DNA of 64,000 nucleotides, from contig CM075980.1 in NCBI GenBank assembly GCA_038087875.1, forward strand, positions 28,644,001-28,708,000, written 5' to 3'. A program made the position numbers and the translations under genes. The notes below the pieces were generated by a model. That model saw only the letters and a program-made list of their open reading frames with translations, was not told the origin of the DNA and searched no databases. Position 1 is the stretch's first letter; each line of letters begins with the position of its first letter. The DNA comes from Malacoraja senta. Lineage: Eukaryota. Below, piece by piece: positions 46,785-60,559 of the stretch.

Positions 46785-47749
46785 GACATTAATGATAAAA
46801 CACCATTGATCAAGCATGTGAATCAACAAAATACCAGATCAAAGGGAGGCTACAGATTTTTGGCTGTTGAATAGAACAACTACTCGTGGATAAAAACTGT
46901 TTTTATGTCTGGCTGTGGCAGCTTTGATAATCCGGAGTCGCCTTCCAGAGGGAAGTGAGAGGGGTCAGAGATGATCTTGCCCGCTCGCTTCCTGGCCCTT
47001 GCAGTGTACAGTTCATCAATGGAGGGAAGGTTATAGCCAATAATCTCCTCTGCTGATCATACGATTCGCTGCAGCCTCCAGGTGTTGTGCTTGGTGGCTG
47101 AGCCAAACCAGACCATGATGGAGAAGGTGAGAACAGACTCTACGATGGCCATGTAGAATTGGACTATCATTGCCTGTGGCAGATTGTGCTTCCTCAGCTG
47201 CTGCAGGAAGTACATCCTCTGTTGTGCCTTTTTGACAGTGGAGTCGATGGTAGCCCCCCACTTAAGGTCCTTGGAGATGATGGTTCCCAGGAACTTAAAA
47301 GACTCCACAGATGTGACTGTGGTGTTATTGATGGTGAGTGGGGTGAGGGGAGGGCGAGCTCTCCTAAAGTCTGCCAAGGTTGCCCGGCTGACAACAGCGA
47401 AAAAAAAATGTGAGAGCTCTGCAAGGTGTATCATATTTTTGACTGTCATAGGCCTTTCTTACATATGCTGTCACAACGCACTGTAGTCTCTAAACAACGC
47501 TTCAGTAATTTTCCTTGCCCTACATTTCAGAATAATAGTGTTTTAAGCCGATAACTCGACACTAGCACTGGTAATAAATAAATAAATAAATAAGCGCAGC
47601 TTTCCAGACTTTTATCTCATTGGCCACGCTGGGCTGCAAATCGGTGTCAATCTGGTGGACCATCTTCCTCTAGTTGTGGGGGTGGGGGATTGGGAGGGGC
47701 CTCACAAGTGGAACAGCTTAGGGCCTCTCTTCATCTAAATCCGGCCCTG
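46052..47749. mobile_element. Non-autonomous hAT-type DNA transposon with a nested LINE fragment
   Basis: Perfect 14-bp TIRs CAGGGCCGGATTTA / TAAATCCGGCCCTG. 8-bp TSD cctggaac / ccttgaac (7 of 8 match). Subterminal agggcctc repeats at both ends. Confidence 0.85.
46720..47390 (-). mobile_element. Rex1/Babar-type LINE 3' fragment (C-terminal part of RT ORF)
   Basis: ORF 47057-47449 reads VESFKFLGTIISKDLKW...VKKAQQRMYFLQQLRK...FYMAIVESVLTFSIMVWFG. Simple-repeat tail at 46720-46783. Confidence 0.8.
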
Positions 47750-47979
47750 CCTTGAACCAACATTTTCATTTACTTCATCAAAGAATGTACTTCCACAATG
47801 TAGGCAGAAGCATATTTCATGGTGATTACACAGTGCTTGCATGTTGCTGTATCTGAACAAGTAATGAAGCAGTGCACTGATAACTGGCACATATGCCAGG
47901 AAAGGGCCACCAACTATAAGGGGAAATCTATCCACCTACCCATGACAATTAATAGCAAACATATTACTAAGTTCTTTAT

Positions 47980-48270
47980 TATAGAACATAGAAAAGTACA
48001 GCACAGGAACAGGCCTTATGGTCCACAATGTCTGTGCTGAACATGATGCCAAGATAAACTAATCTTTACTGCCTCCGCATGATCAATATCCATCCATTCC
48101 ATGTGTCTATCTAAAAGTCTCAAACACGTCACTATCATGTCTCCACCACCAACAAATGCAGCATGTTTCAGGAATCCACCACTCTCTGTATTAAAAAAAA
48201 TTGGCCTGCATATCTCCTTTAAACTTTGAACCTTTTACTTAAAGTTATGCCTTCCTGTCTTCGACATTTC
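47980..48270 (-). mobile_element. CR1 LINE 3' end
   Basis: atagaacatagaaaagtacagcacaggaacaggcc tail and ccaccactctctgt body, homologous to 62530-62800. Confidence 0.7.
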
Positions 48271-48709
48271 ATTTTCAATATTTGGGGAGTCAATATCAAT
48301 TAACCAAATCACATTTTTTGGCCTTAAGGGTAAGTCTGAAGTAAAATATTCTGAGGTGAGGTGTTTGTCCCCTGACTTCCCAAATTGTTTGTAGCTATGG
48401 AGCAGAAGTATGGAGAGTTGTGGAATACCTAGATGATTGCAACTATTGTTATTTAAGAACTTAACACGTCCAGTTCCGATCCTCCCGTATGTTTGGCAAC
48501 CTGCGTATCTCCTTAATGAGTATGTCCTGCCCCATTATTGTACCATGGCAGGCATGATGCATTGCAGCAACGTGCCAAAGGTTTCATAGCATTTCTGAAA
48601 CACAGGGCTTCAAACGCCCAGAAGTAGTAAAGCAATGGGTACATGTGTCCAACAGAATTTCCAAACTTGGCTGCAAGTTACACACCGACAAGCTTTGGAA
48701 CTGCATTGC

Positions 48710-49133
48710 TGTTCACTCATCAATGATCCCAGACCAAACCATTTCGAGGTCAGGTCGGGGGAAGATCCCCCCAGCCACGGGTACCATGTAATCCTGTGCT
48801 ACCTGCTCCGTGGTCGGATAGTCGGCGACTAAACTGTCTTCCCCACCTGGTTTGTGCATCCCCAGCAGGACCAAAAACAAGACCTGTCAAAGGGCAGATG
48901 AGCTTCTAGCGAGCCAACGGCCATCCACACTTCAGTAGAAGTTGCGATCACTGTCGTACATAGCATTGTAAGGAATGATGATAAAGCACACACACCAAAA
49001 TCCTATACATCCAGCGGCGGAAGTCCGCAGGAACTGGAGGACAGAGATGTGTGGTGCGTCCGTCACCGTTCCCGTCGGAAACCGGCACCACTGCATCGCT
49101 AATGTTTTTAACGATGACGATAATGATGATGAT
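48710..49133 (+). mobile_element. Probable non-autonomous retroposon (RTE-like) with (GAT)n tail
   Basis: GC/CpG-rich insert in AT-rich context ending in gatgacgataatgatgatgat. Family assignment is tentative. Confidence 0.4.
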
Positions 49134-50745
49134 TTAGAGAGTGGCAATAAATGTTAGTCTTCAGGTAATGTCCACATTCCTAAAACACTGTTTAAAAAAA
49201 ATGCTACCCTCAGAACCTGATAAACAAACATTCTTGCACTAAACAAGCAAAAAACTGCGCTTCCTAGAAATCTGAAGTAAAACCCCCCCAGAAAAAGCTG
49301 GAAATACTCAGCAGGTCAGGAAACATCTGTGGAGAGTGTAGTAGAATTAATGTTTCAGATCAACAACTAGTTCATAGACACGGCAGCATCATAACTGTTT
49401 TAATTGTTCAAGTGATGCATAAATCAGATTAATGCCGGAGTCATGATATGTTAATTCCACAGACTGAGCTGTACGTGAAGTCCATGCAGAAAGTAAATTA
49501 ATGGTTCTATATCCTATTGTGGGGGCAATGATACCTGTGCATCATTATGATTTAAATTTGACTTCATCTTTGTGCGGTATTTTCTGTTTACTACTGCACG
49601 TGTACTGTATATTATATTAGTAGGTTGTATTAATAGCTTATTTAGAATTAATCTTGAAATTCGTACTATTTAAAGTAATTAATTTATTCACTATCTGTGA
49701 AACCCTAGTATGACACACTTTAAGTTAACAAATATATCTTAAAAAATCACATGTATACTGTTTAATTTTTGAATTAAAAAATCTAAAACTTAATTTTATG
49801 CTTAATTATGATGGTGAAAATTTCCAAACTAGAACTAACTCAGTGCAGCCTTATGGGAGTAGGTAAAATTGAAATACTTGCTCCAGCAGTTTAATGCAAC
49901 AAAATACTTAAACATAAATGTCAATATTAATTAGATTGCCAAGATACTTCCCTGACTTGACATTCTGATGTTTTCTCCAAAGCTCGATGTTGAAGCGTTC
50001 TGTGTGAATACAAAATAATGTTTGGCAGTAGGACTGAAAACAGATCACAATAATGTTCCAAGAGTCTCTGTGGGACTAAGGATATAAATATATGGAGCAG
50101 ATGGGTTTTTCTCTAGTCAGATTTTTCATGGATCACTTGGTCGTTTCCTGGTTCTGGCTGACATCAATTTGGCATGTTTCAAAAAACTCTTTATAGTGAA
50201 AGATGAGATGTAATATGTATAACCAACACTCCAATGATATAAATTTCAAATATTCAGGTTCCAATCAATCAATGGAAAACTACTCAAGAAACAAAATATG
50301 TTTATCTTTGCCCTTTTAAGTTGATGAGTTTAAGAAATATTGTATGCATTGTATGGTATACATGTTTTTTCCCCCAAAATATTTCAGCATATTTCACTCA
50401 TCATTTACACACAGCTTACGGCCTGGACTTCTTGATTAAGCTGGTTAAAAGCAGATTTTGCGATCAACAAAATGCTTTTGAATGGAGATTTGGGATACAA
50501 CGTCAAATAGATGCAATTTTGGGCACAATTTAAGCTAGAATTGTTGATTGCTACCCAAGGGAGAATCTATGCAATTACACATGAAGAAACTTTGGCAGCT
50601 GAAAGGATAAGTTTTTATTTTTAGGTCTTCAGGCACATTTTGGTGTCATTTGAACAAAGTGAAAACTGTTAGAGAATCAACAGCGTTTGGAATAATGGTT
50701 GTTTGAGCTAATATCACCAATCTTCAGAAACAATAGTTTAATATA

Positions 50746-51043
50746 GTTTAGTTTAGTTTAGTTTAGAGATACAGTGCGGAAACAGCCTTTCGGTCCACTG
50801 AGTCCACGCCGACCAGCGAACCCCACACACTGACACTATCCTGCACACACCAGGGACAATTTACAATTTTAACGAAGCCAATTAGCCTACAAACCTGTAC
50901 GTCTTTGGAGTGTGGGACAAACCGGAGCACCCAGAGAAAACATACGCCGGTGACGGGAAGAACGTACAAACTCCATTCAGACAACACGTGTATCAGGATA
51001 GAACCCGAGTCTCTGGCAACTCTACCGCTGCGTCACCTTGCCA
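50746..51043 (-). mobile_element. tRNA-derived SINE (HE1/V-SINE-like)
   Basis: (ctaaa)n tail, CR1-like 3' end and tRNA-like head; homologous to 61491-61812. Confidence 0.8.
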
Positions 51044-53097
51044 ACTTTTATTATTTTTTCAAATAAATTAGTATTTATATATTAATATTAAATAAATAGA
51101 TTTCAAATATTGGAAGTGAAAAAAAAATTAACAAGTTCATAACTCAACAGCTCGATGTGCAGTTTAGTGGTTTCCAGAATAAATGAGCAAATGGACCTGA
51201 GAAATAATCAGTTAGAAGGGCAAGGAATGCAATAACAGTTGCATTGAGCTCAGCTGAACGCAAAAGATTTGGGTGCTGATAAAAAACTTCCACCACCAAC
51301 CCTTCACATCATGCACATCACGCATTGTATAACTCTCAGTTAAAATTAAAATATGTGCAGATTTCTCTGCAGACACAAACTTTTCGGATTAAGTTGGATT
51401 GCCGTAATTATGCAACTAGTTGTCAGGTGAAAGGGACTGGGTAACCTGCTGGTTCTTGATACATCTTGTATAGATGTCAGATTTATCTTTATCATCAATA
51501 AGGATTAATAATTCCTGTCGAAATAATTTATCTAAATAAAACAAAATTCAACATAAGCCTCTTATTTTGCTTGTCACATTCAATGTGTGTCCCTCGGTTA
51601 CTTACCTTTCTGCCAGTGACAATAATTTTTTTTAAATTTATTAAAACCATCATAGGGTTTGAACACTTCTTTCAAACTTTCCCCTTTTCTTTCCATTCCA
51701 AAAAGAATGACTCTTTCTGTGGTTTCTCAATGTAATGTGAGTTTTTTTCAAACTCAAATGATTTCTATTAAACCTCCTTTGCTCCCATTCTAAGACTTTG
51801 GCTACTTCATAAATTACCCTGGCAGCAAGGCGGAGACCTAATCGTTATTTAGTGAGGATTGAGAACTTCCCTGCTTTTAAATCCTGTTTCTATCTATGAA
51901 ACAAAGGCCGCTATTGACTATTTGAATAAGCTCCTCATATGTCCTGCCACCTAAACAAATGTGTACATATATCTAGGGTCTCTCTATCTTGGCACTTCAT
52001 TTACAATTGTTCCATTAGTTAATGAAATGTTCTTGTTGTCCAAATTATAAATGGAATACCTTCAATGATCTTTCGAGTACAATAATGCATGAATTTACAT
52101 ACATTAATACATTTACTTGAACCTTGTATTACCTACAACACATTAGATGAGGTGCTTGATTTGAATCAAACTGAAGGGGGTTATTTTGTTGATCCATCAA
52201 AAAACATGTTAATCAGTAAAAGCTTCCACAGAACATTGTCTTAGTTCTTCCATGTATGCATTCAGTTCAATGTATGAGAGAAATTTAAACTGTGTTACCA
52301 AGTCTTTTTAATGCAGTTGTCTGAACTTAAAATCACGCTCATTGTTATTTACCATCAAACCCCATGTGCAAAATGATAAATGTATGCATAGATATTTCAA
52401 TTTATGATATTGTTTTAGGCTGTGCATTGCTTTACTGATTTATATCAAGTGCCCTGTATAATCCCAAGAAAGTATTATGTAATATGAAAAGGTTATCTTG
52501 CTACAATATAGGAATAATTTTAACGTAACCCACATGTTCGGAAGTTGATAGGATCAAAATAAGCACGTGTTTTATACTCTGCTAAATTTTACTTCTCATT
52601 GAGGGCAGATTATAAAATGTTACAATGCTTGGAGTTTTATATTTGTTCTTTGACTTTATATTTTTTTTAGGTATTCCCTGTTATTCTATAAAAAGTGTCC
52701 ACTTCAAATAAGGACATTTTAGAAAATCAGAGCTGACAGACTCAGCTATGAACAGATATTAGATATTAATTCATGCCAAAAGTGTCATTATGTATTCTTC
52801 CTTCCTGAAAATGTTTGTTACTTTTAAAATGTGCACTTCACTTTTCCAATCATGGTAGAAAAAAACATCTTAGACAATAAACAGCGGAATGTGCAGTCAT
52901 TTAATCAGATGTTATGTTTTCCATTTTGACTGAATGAATTCAGTTACGGAGCTCGTTAATTTGCAACAAGTGTTTCATGTTCACATCTGTTCTAATCAAT
53001 CAGGGCACAGAACTTGTGATTACATCAAAATGTCTGAAATTGGAAGAAAGGACGAGGAACCCAATAGACAAATGTTTGTTGATCTGCAGGAGATGCA

Positions 53098-55850
53098 TTT
53101 TTTTTTTAATTTTCAAAATTGACTTCATTCAAGTAGTAAATATATACTATACAGGAACCGTGCCAAAAATTCATCCAGCATTCTCGGAGGCTATACAAAC
53201 ATTCTATACTGTTTACACAAATTACACAAATTTATCCCCCACCCTTGCCACTCATGTGGCCCACTGGCGTGGAATCCCTTCCTTTAGTTTTGAGGGGCGT
53301 CTCCATTACACCCAGCCCCCCATGTCCAGCAGCGGAAGGACCCTAGACTGTGGTCCTCCCTCACCGAGCCTTGGCGTTGGCTGCACCGAGCTTCAGTGCG
53401 TCCCTCAGCATGTACTCCTGCAGTCTGCAGCGGGCCAGTCGGCAACATTCCCGGACGAACATCTCACTCTGCTGGGAGGTCAACAAAGCTCGGGCAGACC
53501 AAAGAGCGTCGTTCACCGAGTTGATGACCTTCCAGCAGCACTCGATGTCTGTCTCAGAATGTGTCCCTGTGACAGAGCTGTTCGGCATAAATCATGACAG
53601 GGACCCTTGTAAACCTCTCCAGACTCGCTTTGCAAATCCACACTACAAAGAGGTGGACAACCATCTCTTCTCCATAGCAGCCGTCCCGAGGGCAGCATGC
53701 ACTGGTAATGATGTTCCGACAGTGCAGGAAGGATCTGACTGGGAGGGCTCCCCTCACCGCCAGCCAAGCCAGGTCTTGGTGCTTGTTGTAGGTATGTTAT
53801 AATACTTACCTTCAGCCGTGCTGTAAATCTGCCACTGGCCGTGTGCACGATTTTGGCGCCTTTAAGGGGGGGGCGGGTTTAAAACGCAGGTTTCTCCTAC
53901 CTTGTCCTGTATTATATTTCGTTGGAGTACAAACGTTTGCTGAAAAATCGTTCCTAGGGGCGTTTTGTGTATTTTTTATTTTTATTAAATCGACAATGTC
54001 AGCGCTGGAGTCATTTTAAAATCAGCTTCTGAAGCCGTCAAACCAACAACGGGGACGGATTTCACACACGGGACAGGTAAACGAAAGTGGTTTATTTTAA
54101 TGTATAAAAGTGCTTCTTAAGAAGCCTTTAATTAATATTTTTTCATGCGAAACGGTGATTTTATTCCCCGAACTAACGGCAGAATTTTTCATGCCGATAC
54201 GTGGTTAAATTCACCGCAAATCAACGTTCCAAATGATCGCGTTCCAGAAATCCTCACTCGCAAAATGATTTAAATGCCCATTAATTTACAGGTATTAAAC
54301 ATTCAATTCCTTCCATTTGGCCTGTAAATCCATGACAATGAGATTTAAAAATTATGTTATATTGTGAATTCTTGTGTGAATGTCATTTGGACACTTAGGC
54401 TTTTTAAAAATGTTAATCTATTCTTAAGAAATTGATAGATGTTTAGATCTAGTAATTGAATTTTGTAATTAGCTACAATTAGGTAACTAACTAATTATAT
54501 GCTTTAATTTCATGTCTTCTAAGTAAAATTGTTGCATATTTGTTTCAGAATGCTTCAATCTATAATAACTGAAAATTTCTTTCAGTTCTCTTAATTTTTA
54601 AGAAAGTTATGGGCTTTTAACTGTCCTCGATCACAGCTTTTGTGATAAGTCAATGGAAAAGCAATAGGGAACAAGATGCTAATTTCCGAGTATGAAAATG
54701 GCCATAACTTTTTTAATACTGAAGATATGAAAGTGAATTAGGTGTCAAATTAAACTTCTTTTTATGCTTTATTTGATGCGATAAATTGCAGAATTTATTT
54801 TTAAATCTCAAAATTTTGTAACATTGCTACTTGTTGGTGAATTCTGCAGATGAGGCATTTTGCCAGACAAGCAGGGCAGTCTGCTCTGGGAACCACACCT
54901 CGTGATCCATGGAGTCATTTCCCTGCAGTGCCTGCAGGATGTTCCGTGCTGACCACTGCCCGATGGACTTGTGGTCAAAGGTGTTGGCCCGGAAGAACCT
55001 TTCCAGGAACGACAGATGGTGCGGCAATGTCCAGCTGACTGGCACATTGTGTGGCATCTGTGCCCGGCCCATCCTTCGCAACACCGGCGAGAGGTAGAAC
55101 CTCAGCAGGTAGTAACACTTGGTGCCCACGTGCCTTGGATCTATGTTCTGCCTGATGCAGCCACACACAAAGGTGGCCATCAGGGTGAGGGCGATGTTGG
55201 GCACACTTTTACCCCCGTCGTCTGCCGACTTGTGCATTGTGGCCCGTCGCACCCGGGCCATCCTCAACCCCCAGATGAACTGGAAGACGGCCCGGGTGAC
55301 CCCTGTGGTGTAGGAGGGGGGGGAGGGGGGGACGGGCCACACTTGCGCCAAGTACAGCAGCCCTGAGAGCACCTCACACCTGATGACCAATTTTTTTCTC
55401 ATTATAGAGAGGGAGCGCTGCTTCCACAGCCTCAGTTTCTTCCCCACCTTGGCTATCCGCTCCAGCCAATTCTTGTCACAAGCCTCCGCCACCCCCGAAC
55501 CAGATCCCCAGCACCTTCAAGAAGTCATGCTTGATGGTGAATGGGATGGAAGATCGGTCGGGCCCGTTGCCAAAGAGCATGGCCTCGCTCTTCCTGTGGT
55601 TCTCCCTGGCTCCCGTGGCCGACTCAAACTGGTCGCAGATGCTAATCAATCTGTGGACCGACCCTCGAGCAGAAGACAGCGACATCATCCATGCACAGGG
55701 AGGTTTTGACCTGAGTGCCCGCACTGCCTGGCAATGTTCTTATGCTCGCGTCCTTCCTGATGGACCCGGCAAAAGGTTCAATACAATAGACGAACAAGAC
55801 AGGGGTGAGAGGGCAACCCTGCCTGACTCTAGACCTGACAGGGAAGCTGG
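53098..55850 (-). mobile_element. L1/Tx1-clade LINE, 3' part of ORF2, decayed and interrupted by a DNA transposon
   Basis: ORF pieces: NWLERIAKVGKKLRLWKQRSLS...LLYLAQVWP...GGKSVPN, then after the insert HQDLAWLAVRGALPVRSFLH...CPRDGCYGEEMVVHLF (zf-RVT-like). Poly(A) tail at 53098-53107. Confidence 0.85.
53789..54829. mobile_element. Non-autonomous DNA transposon inserted in the LINE
   Basis: Imperfect TIRs TAGGTATGTTATAA / TTGTAACATTGCTA. Direct repeat CTTGTTG at 53782-53788 and 54830-54836. Removing the insert restores the LINE frame (EFTNK|HQDLAW). Confidence 0.85.
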
Positions 55851-56156
55851 CTGATTTTACATGACATCATACTATTCTTCCTTCTCAGATTTAACATTGT
55901 CTCGGTTATTTTCTCCACCCAATGAATGATCTAAACTAACTCCAAGGAGATGCCTGGTCGTTGGAATTAAACTGATTTTCAGAGTCCCTACAACAATCAT
56001 TGTTTTAAGCACATTAGTCCTGCCAACATGTTCTGCCAAGTACAGGCTGATCTATCACCTCAGTTACCACCGCTTACAGCCATATCCATTAACAGATCCA
56101 ATCAGTGACTGTTTTCCTTACCCCAGATTCTTCCTTCAAGACTTCTTCGGCAAGGA

Positions 56157-56482
56157 GTTAGTTTATTTTATTTTAGAGATCCAGCATGGGCACAGGCCCT
56201 TTGCCCTACCGAGTCCACAGTGACCATTGATCACCCCTGCAAACTTGTTCTATGTTATCCCACTTTCACATCCACTCCTTAAACATTATGAGCAATTTTA
56301 TAGAAGCCAAATTACCTAGAAACCTGCACATCTTTGGGATGAGAAGAAACCGGAGCATCCGGATTAAATCCATGGAGCTACAGGGAGAACGTGCAAACTC
56401 CACACATACAACATCCGAGGTCAGGATCGACCCTAGGTCTCTGGCACTATGAGACGTCAGCTCTACCAGCTGTGTTACTGTG
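56157..56482 (-). mobile_element. tRNA-derived SINE (HE1/V-SINE-like), older copy
   Basis: Homologous to 50746-51043 and 61491-61812. Confidence 0.75.
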
Positions 56483-56489
56483 CTTTGAT

Positions 56490-57340
56490 GGTCTATTCTT
56501 TAAAGCAATGAATCTCAGAAATAAAGGCAGTGAACTGAAGGAGCACAGGAAGTATGAAGTTGTATGTGAAAGCACAAAGTTATAGTTATTACGGAAACAT
56601 GGCTTGAAAATGTGTAGGAGTGGGAGCTCAACATTCCTGGTTATACAGTTATTACATGAGATTGAGAAGAGGGATGGGGAAATAGTGTATGTGCAGCAAT
56701 ATTGGTGAAGCAACCAATTGCTGTTGTGACAACGGATAATATAGAAAGATCAACATCATATTAATATAGAAAGATCAACAACTCAAGACTAAAGACGGAA
56801 CAATTACATTGCTTTGTGTGTTTCATTGGTTGGCAGATAATCGGAGGCAGAGAAGAGCAAATAAGCAAGCAAGTTCCCGAGAAGTTCAATAGAAATAAGA
56901 CAACTATTGGGGGATATCGACAATTGGGAGCAGGTTCAGAGAGCTGAACCGGTTACTCTTGTTACTGATTCATATGAGTGTTTCCAGACAATTGACTGGA
57001 GGAGCAACAGGATTAAAAGGTATAAAAGGTGTTAAGCTCTTGGAAAGCATTTAAGAGAACATTTTTATGCAGCATTTATCAAAACTAAGAGTAGATGGGA
57101 TGGAAATGTATTTAGTTTTAGAGAGTGGACCTGGGTAAAGGGATAAGATGGCAGTGGAAGAGCATTTGAGGCAGCAGTATTAAGTGCGTTACATTGAACA
57201 AAATTTCCACAAAGGACAAAAATAGAGCAAGTGTAAAGCACTCAGAATTGGGGTAAAGACGATTTAAAAAAAATGTATTTTCATAAATATAAACTAGGGA
57301 CAGTCACTTGATGATAAATTGATGGGACCATTCGCAGTAA
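56490..57340 (+). mobile_element. Highly decayed CR1 ORF2 endonuclease region
   Basis: Remnants of the motifs RNK..EL, ITETWL (attacggaaacatggctt) and ELNIPGY (gagctcaacattcctggttat). Confidence 0.55.
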
Positions 57341-57632
57341 ATATGCGGGAGTGAAATACAGTGCATTCAGAAAGTATTCAGACCCCTTCACTTTTACCAT
57401 ATTTTGTTATGTTACAGACTTACAGATTTTAAAATGGTTAAATTCATTTTTTTAAATCATCAATCTACACATAATACCTCTGAATGAAGAAGCGAAAACA
57501 GCGTAGAAATTTTTGCAAAGTAATTAAAAAGAAATAACTGAAATATCATATATACATAATTTTGAGACCCTTTACTCAGTACTTTGTTGAGGCACCTTTG
57601 GCAGCGATTACAGCCTCAAGTCTTCTTGGGTA

Positions 57633-58480
57633 TTACGCTACAAGCTTGGCACAACTGTATTTGGATAATTTCTCCCATTCTTCTCTGCAGATCCTCTCAA
57701 GCTCTGTCAGGTTGGATGGGGAGCGTCGATGCACAGCTATTTTCAGGTCCCTCCAGAGAAGTTCAATCGGGTTCATGTCCAGGCTCTGACTGGGCCACTC
57801 AAGGACATTCACAGACCTGTCACAAAGCCACTCTTGTATTGTCTTGGCTGTGTGCTTAGGGTCATTGTCCTGTTGGAAGGTGATCGTCCACCCCAGTCTG
57901 AGGTCCAGAACGCTCTGGAGCAGGTTTTCATCGAGGATCTCTCTAAACTTTGCTCCATTCATCTTTCCCTCGATCCTCACTAGTCTACCAGTTCCTCCGC
58001 TGAAAAACATCCCCACAGCATGATGCTACCACCACCATGCTTCACCGTAGGTATGGTATTGGCCAGGTGATGAGCGGTGCCTGGTTTTATCCAGACATGA
58101 CGCTTGGCATTCAGGCCAAAGAGTTCAATCTTGGTTTCATCAGACCAGAGCACCAGAGAAAACAACCCTTTTGGCAAACTCCAAGCGGGCTGACATGTGC
58201 CTTTTACTGAGGAGTGGGAAGGTTCTCCCATCTCCACAGAGGAAGTCTGGAGCTCTGTCAGAGAGACCATCGGGTTCTTGGTCACCTCCCTGACCAAGGC
58301 CCTTCTCCCCCGATTGCTCAGTTTGGCCGAGCGTCCAGCTCTATGAAGAGTCCTGGCGGTTCCAAAGTTGTTCCATTTAAGAAGGACAGAGACCACTGTG
58401 CTCTTCGGGACTTGCAATGCTGCAGAAATTGTTTTATACCCATCCCCAGATCTGTGCCTTTCCAAATCATGTCCAATCAA
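57633..58480 (-). pseudogene. Tc1 transposase pseudogene, copy 1 (internal deletion and frameshift)
   Basis: ORFs 57980-58480 and 57633-58016 contain [54 protein letters not shown] and [14 protein letters not shown]. Confidence 0.9.
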
Positions 58481-59000
58481 TTTAATTTAAATCAATTTGT
58501 AGAAACATCTGAAGGATAATCAATTGAAACAGAATGAACCTAAGCTCAATTTTGAGTGTCAAAGTAAGACAATGATCCCAAACATACTGCTAAAGCAATA
58601 AAGGCATTTTTCATAGCTACAAAATGGTTAACTCATGAGTGACCAAGTCAATCACCCGATCTGAACCCAATTGAGCATGCCTTTTATATGTTGAAGAGAA
58701 AACTGAAGCGGACTTGTCCCCAAAACAAGCATAAGATTGTAATGCAGGCCTGGCAGCACATCCCACGAGAAGACACCCTGCAACTGGTGATGTCCACGAA
58801 TCGCAGACTTCAAGCAGTCACTGCATGCAAAGGATATGCAGCAAAATACTAAACATGACTACTTTTATTTACATGACATTGCTGTGTCCCAAACATTATG
58901 GTGCCCTGAAATGGGGGGAGTTTGTATAAACAAAGTCATTGTAATTAAAAACAAATAACTGAAATATCATATTTACATAAATATTCAGACCCTTTACTCA

Positions 59001-59892
59001 CTACTTTGTCGAGGTACCGTTGGGAGCGATTACAGCCTCAGGTCTTCTTGGGTATAACGCTACAAGCTGGGCACACCTGTATTTGGGTAATTTCTCCCAT
59101 TCTTCTCTGCAGATCCACTCAAGCTCTATCAGGTTGGATGTGGAGCGTCGATGCACAGCTATTTTCAGGTCCCTCCAGTGAAGTTCAATCGGGTTTATGG
59201 ATGGGCCACTCAAGGGCATTCACAGACCTGTCACAAAGCCACTCTTGTATTGTCTTGGCTGTGTGCTTAGGGTCGTTGTCCTGTTGGAAGGTGATCGTCC
59301 ACCCCAGTCTGAGGACCAGAACAATCTGGAGCAGGTTTTCATCGAGGATCTCTCTAAACTTTGCTCCATTCATCTTTCCCTCGATCCTCACTAGTCTACC
59401 AGTTCCTGCCGCTGAAAAACATCCCCATAGCATGATGCTACCACCACCATGCTTCACCGTAGGTATGGTATTGGCCAGGTGATGAGCGGTGCCTGGTTTT
59501 ATCCAGACGTGACGCTTGACATTCAGGCCAAAGAGTTCAATCTTGGTTTCATCAGACCAGAGCACCAGAGAAAATAACCCTTTTGGCAAACTCCAAGCGG
59601 GCTGACATGTGCCTTTTATTGAGGAGTGGGAAGGTTCTCCCATCTCCACAGAGGAAGTCTGGAGCTCTGTCAGAGTGACCATCAGGTTCTTGGTCACCTC
59701 CCTGACCAAGGCCCTTCTCCCCCGATTGCTCAGTTTGGCTGGGCGGCCAGCTCTATGAAGAGTCCTGGCGGTTCCAAAGTTCTTCCATTTAAGAATGACG
59801 GAGGCCACTGTGCTCTTCGGGACTTGCAATGCTGCAGAAATTGTTTTATACCCTTCCCCAGATCTGTGCCTTTCCAAATCAAGTCCAATCAA
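59001..59892 (-). pseudogene. Tc1 transposase pseudogene, copy 2
   Basis: ORFs 59185-59892 and 59001-59219. Same internal deletion as copy 1, plus a frameshift near WPSQSPDLNPIE. Confidence 0.9.
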
Positions 59893-60559
59893 TTTAATTT
59901 ACTTAAATCAAGTTGTAGAAATGTCTCAAGGATAATCAATGGAAACAGAATGAACCTAAGCTCAATTTTAAGTGTCAAAGTAAGACAATGATCCCAAACA
60001 TACTGTTAAAGCAATAAAGGAGTTTTTCAAAGCTAAAAAATGGTTAATTCATGAGTGGCCAAGTCAATCACCCGATCTGAACCCAATTGAACATATCTTT
60101 TATATGTTGAAGAGAAAACTGAAGGGGACTTGCCCCAAAACAAGCATAAGCTTGTAATACAGGCCTGGCAGCACATCCCAAGAGAAGACACCCTGCAACT
60201 GGTGATGTCCATGAATCGCAGACTTCAAGCAGTCATTGCATGCAAAGGATATGCAGCAAAATACTAAACATGACTACATTCATTTACATGACATTGCTGT
60301 GTCCCAAACATTATGGTGCCCTGAAATGGGGGGAGTATGTATAAACACTGCTGTAATTTCTACACGGTGAAACCAAAATGTATAAAATTGGCATTTAGTA
60401 AAATCTGACAATGTGCACTTTAACCACATGTGATTTTTTTATTACAAATCTCAAATTGTGGAGTACAGAGGCAAATAAATAAATGATGGGTCTTTGTCCC
60501 AAACATTCTAGATGTCATTATATATAGTGGAAAACATTTTGGGGATTTGGGGATTTTTT

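Noticed and set aside
59185-59892. 235-aa Tc1 transposase ORF as an active or domesticated gene
   Set aside because: It has an internal deletion and a frameshift before the catalytic Glu.
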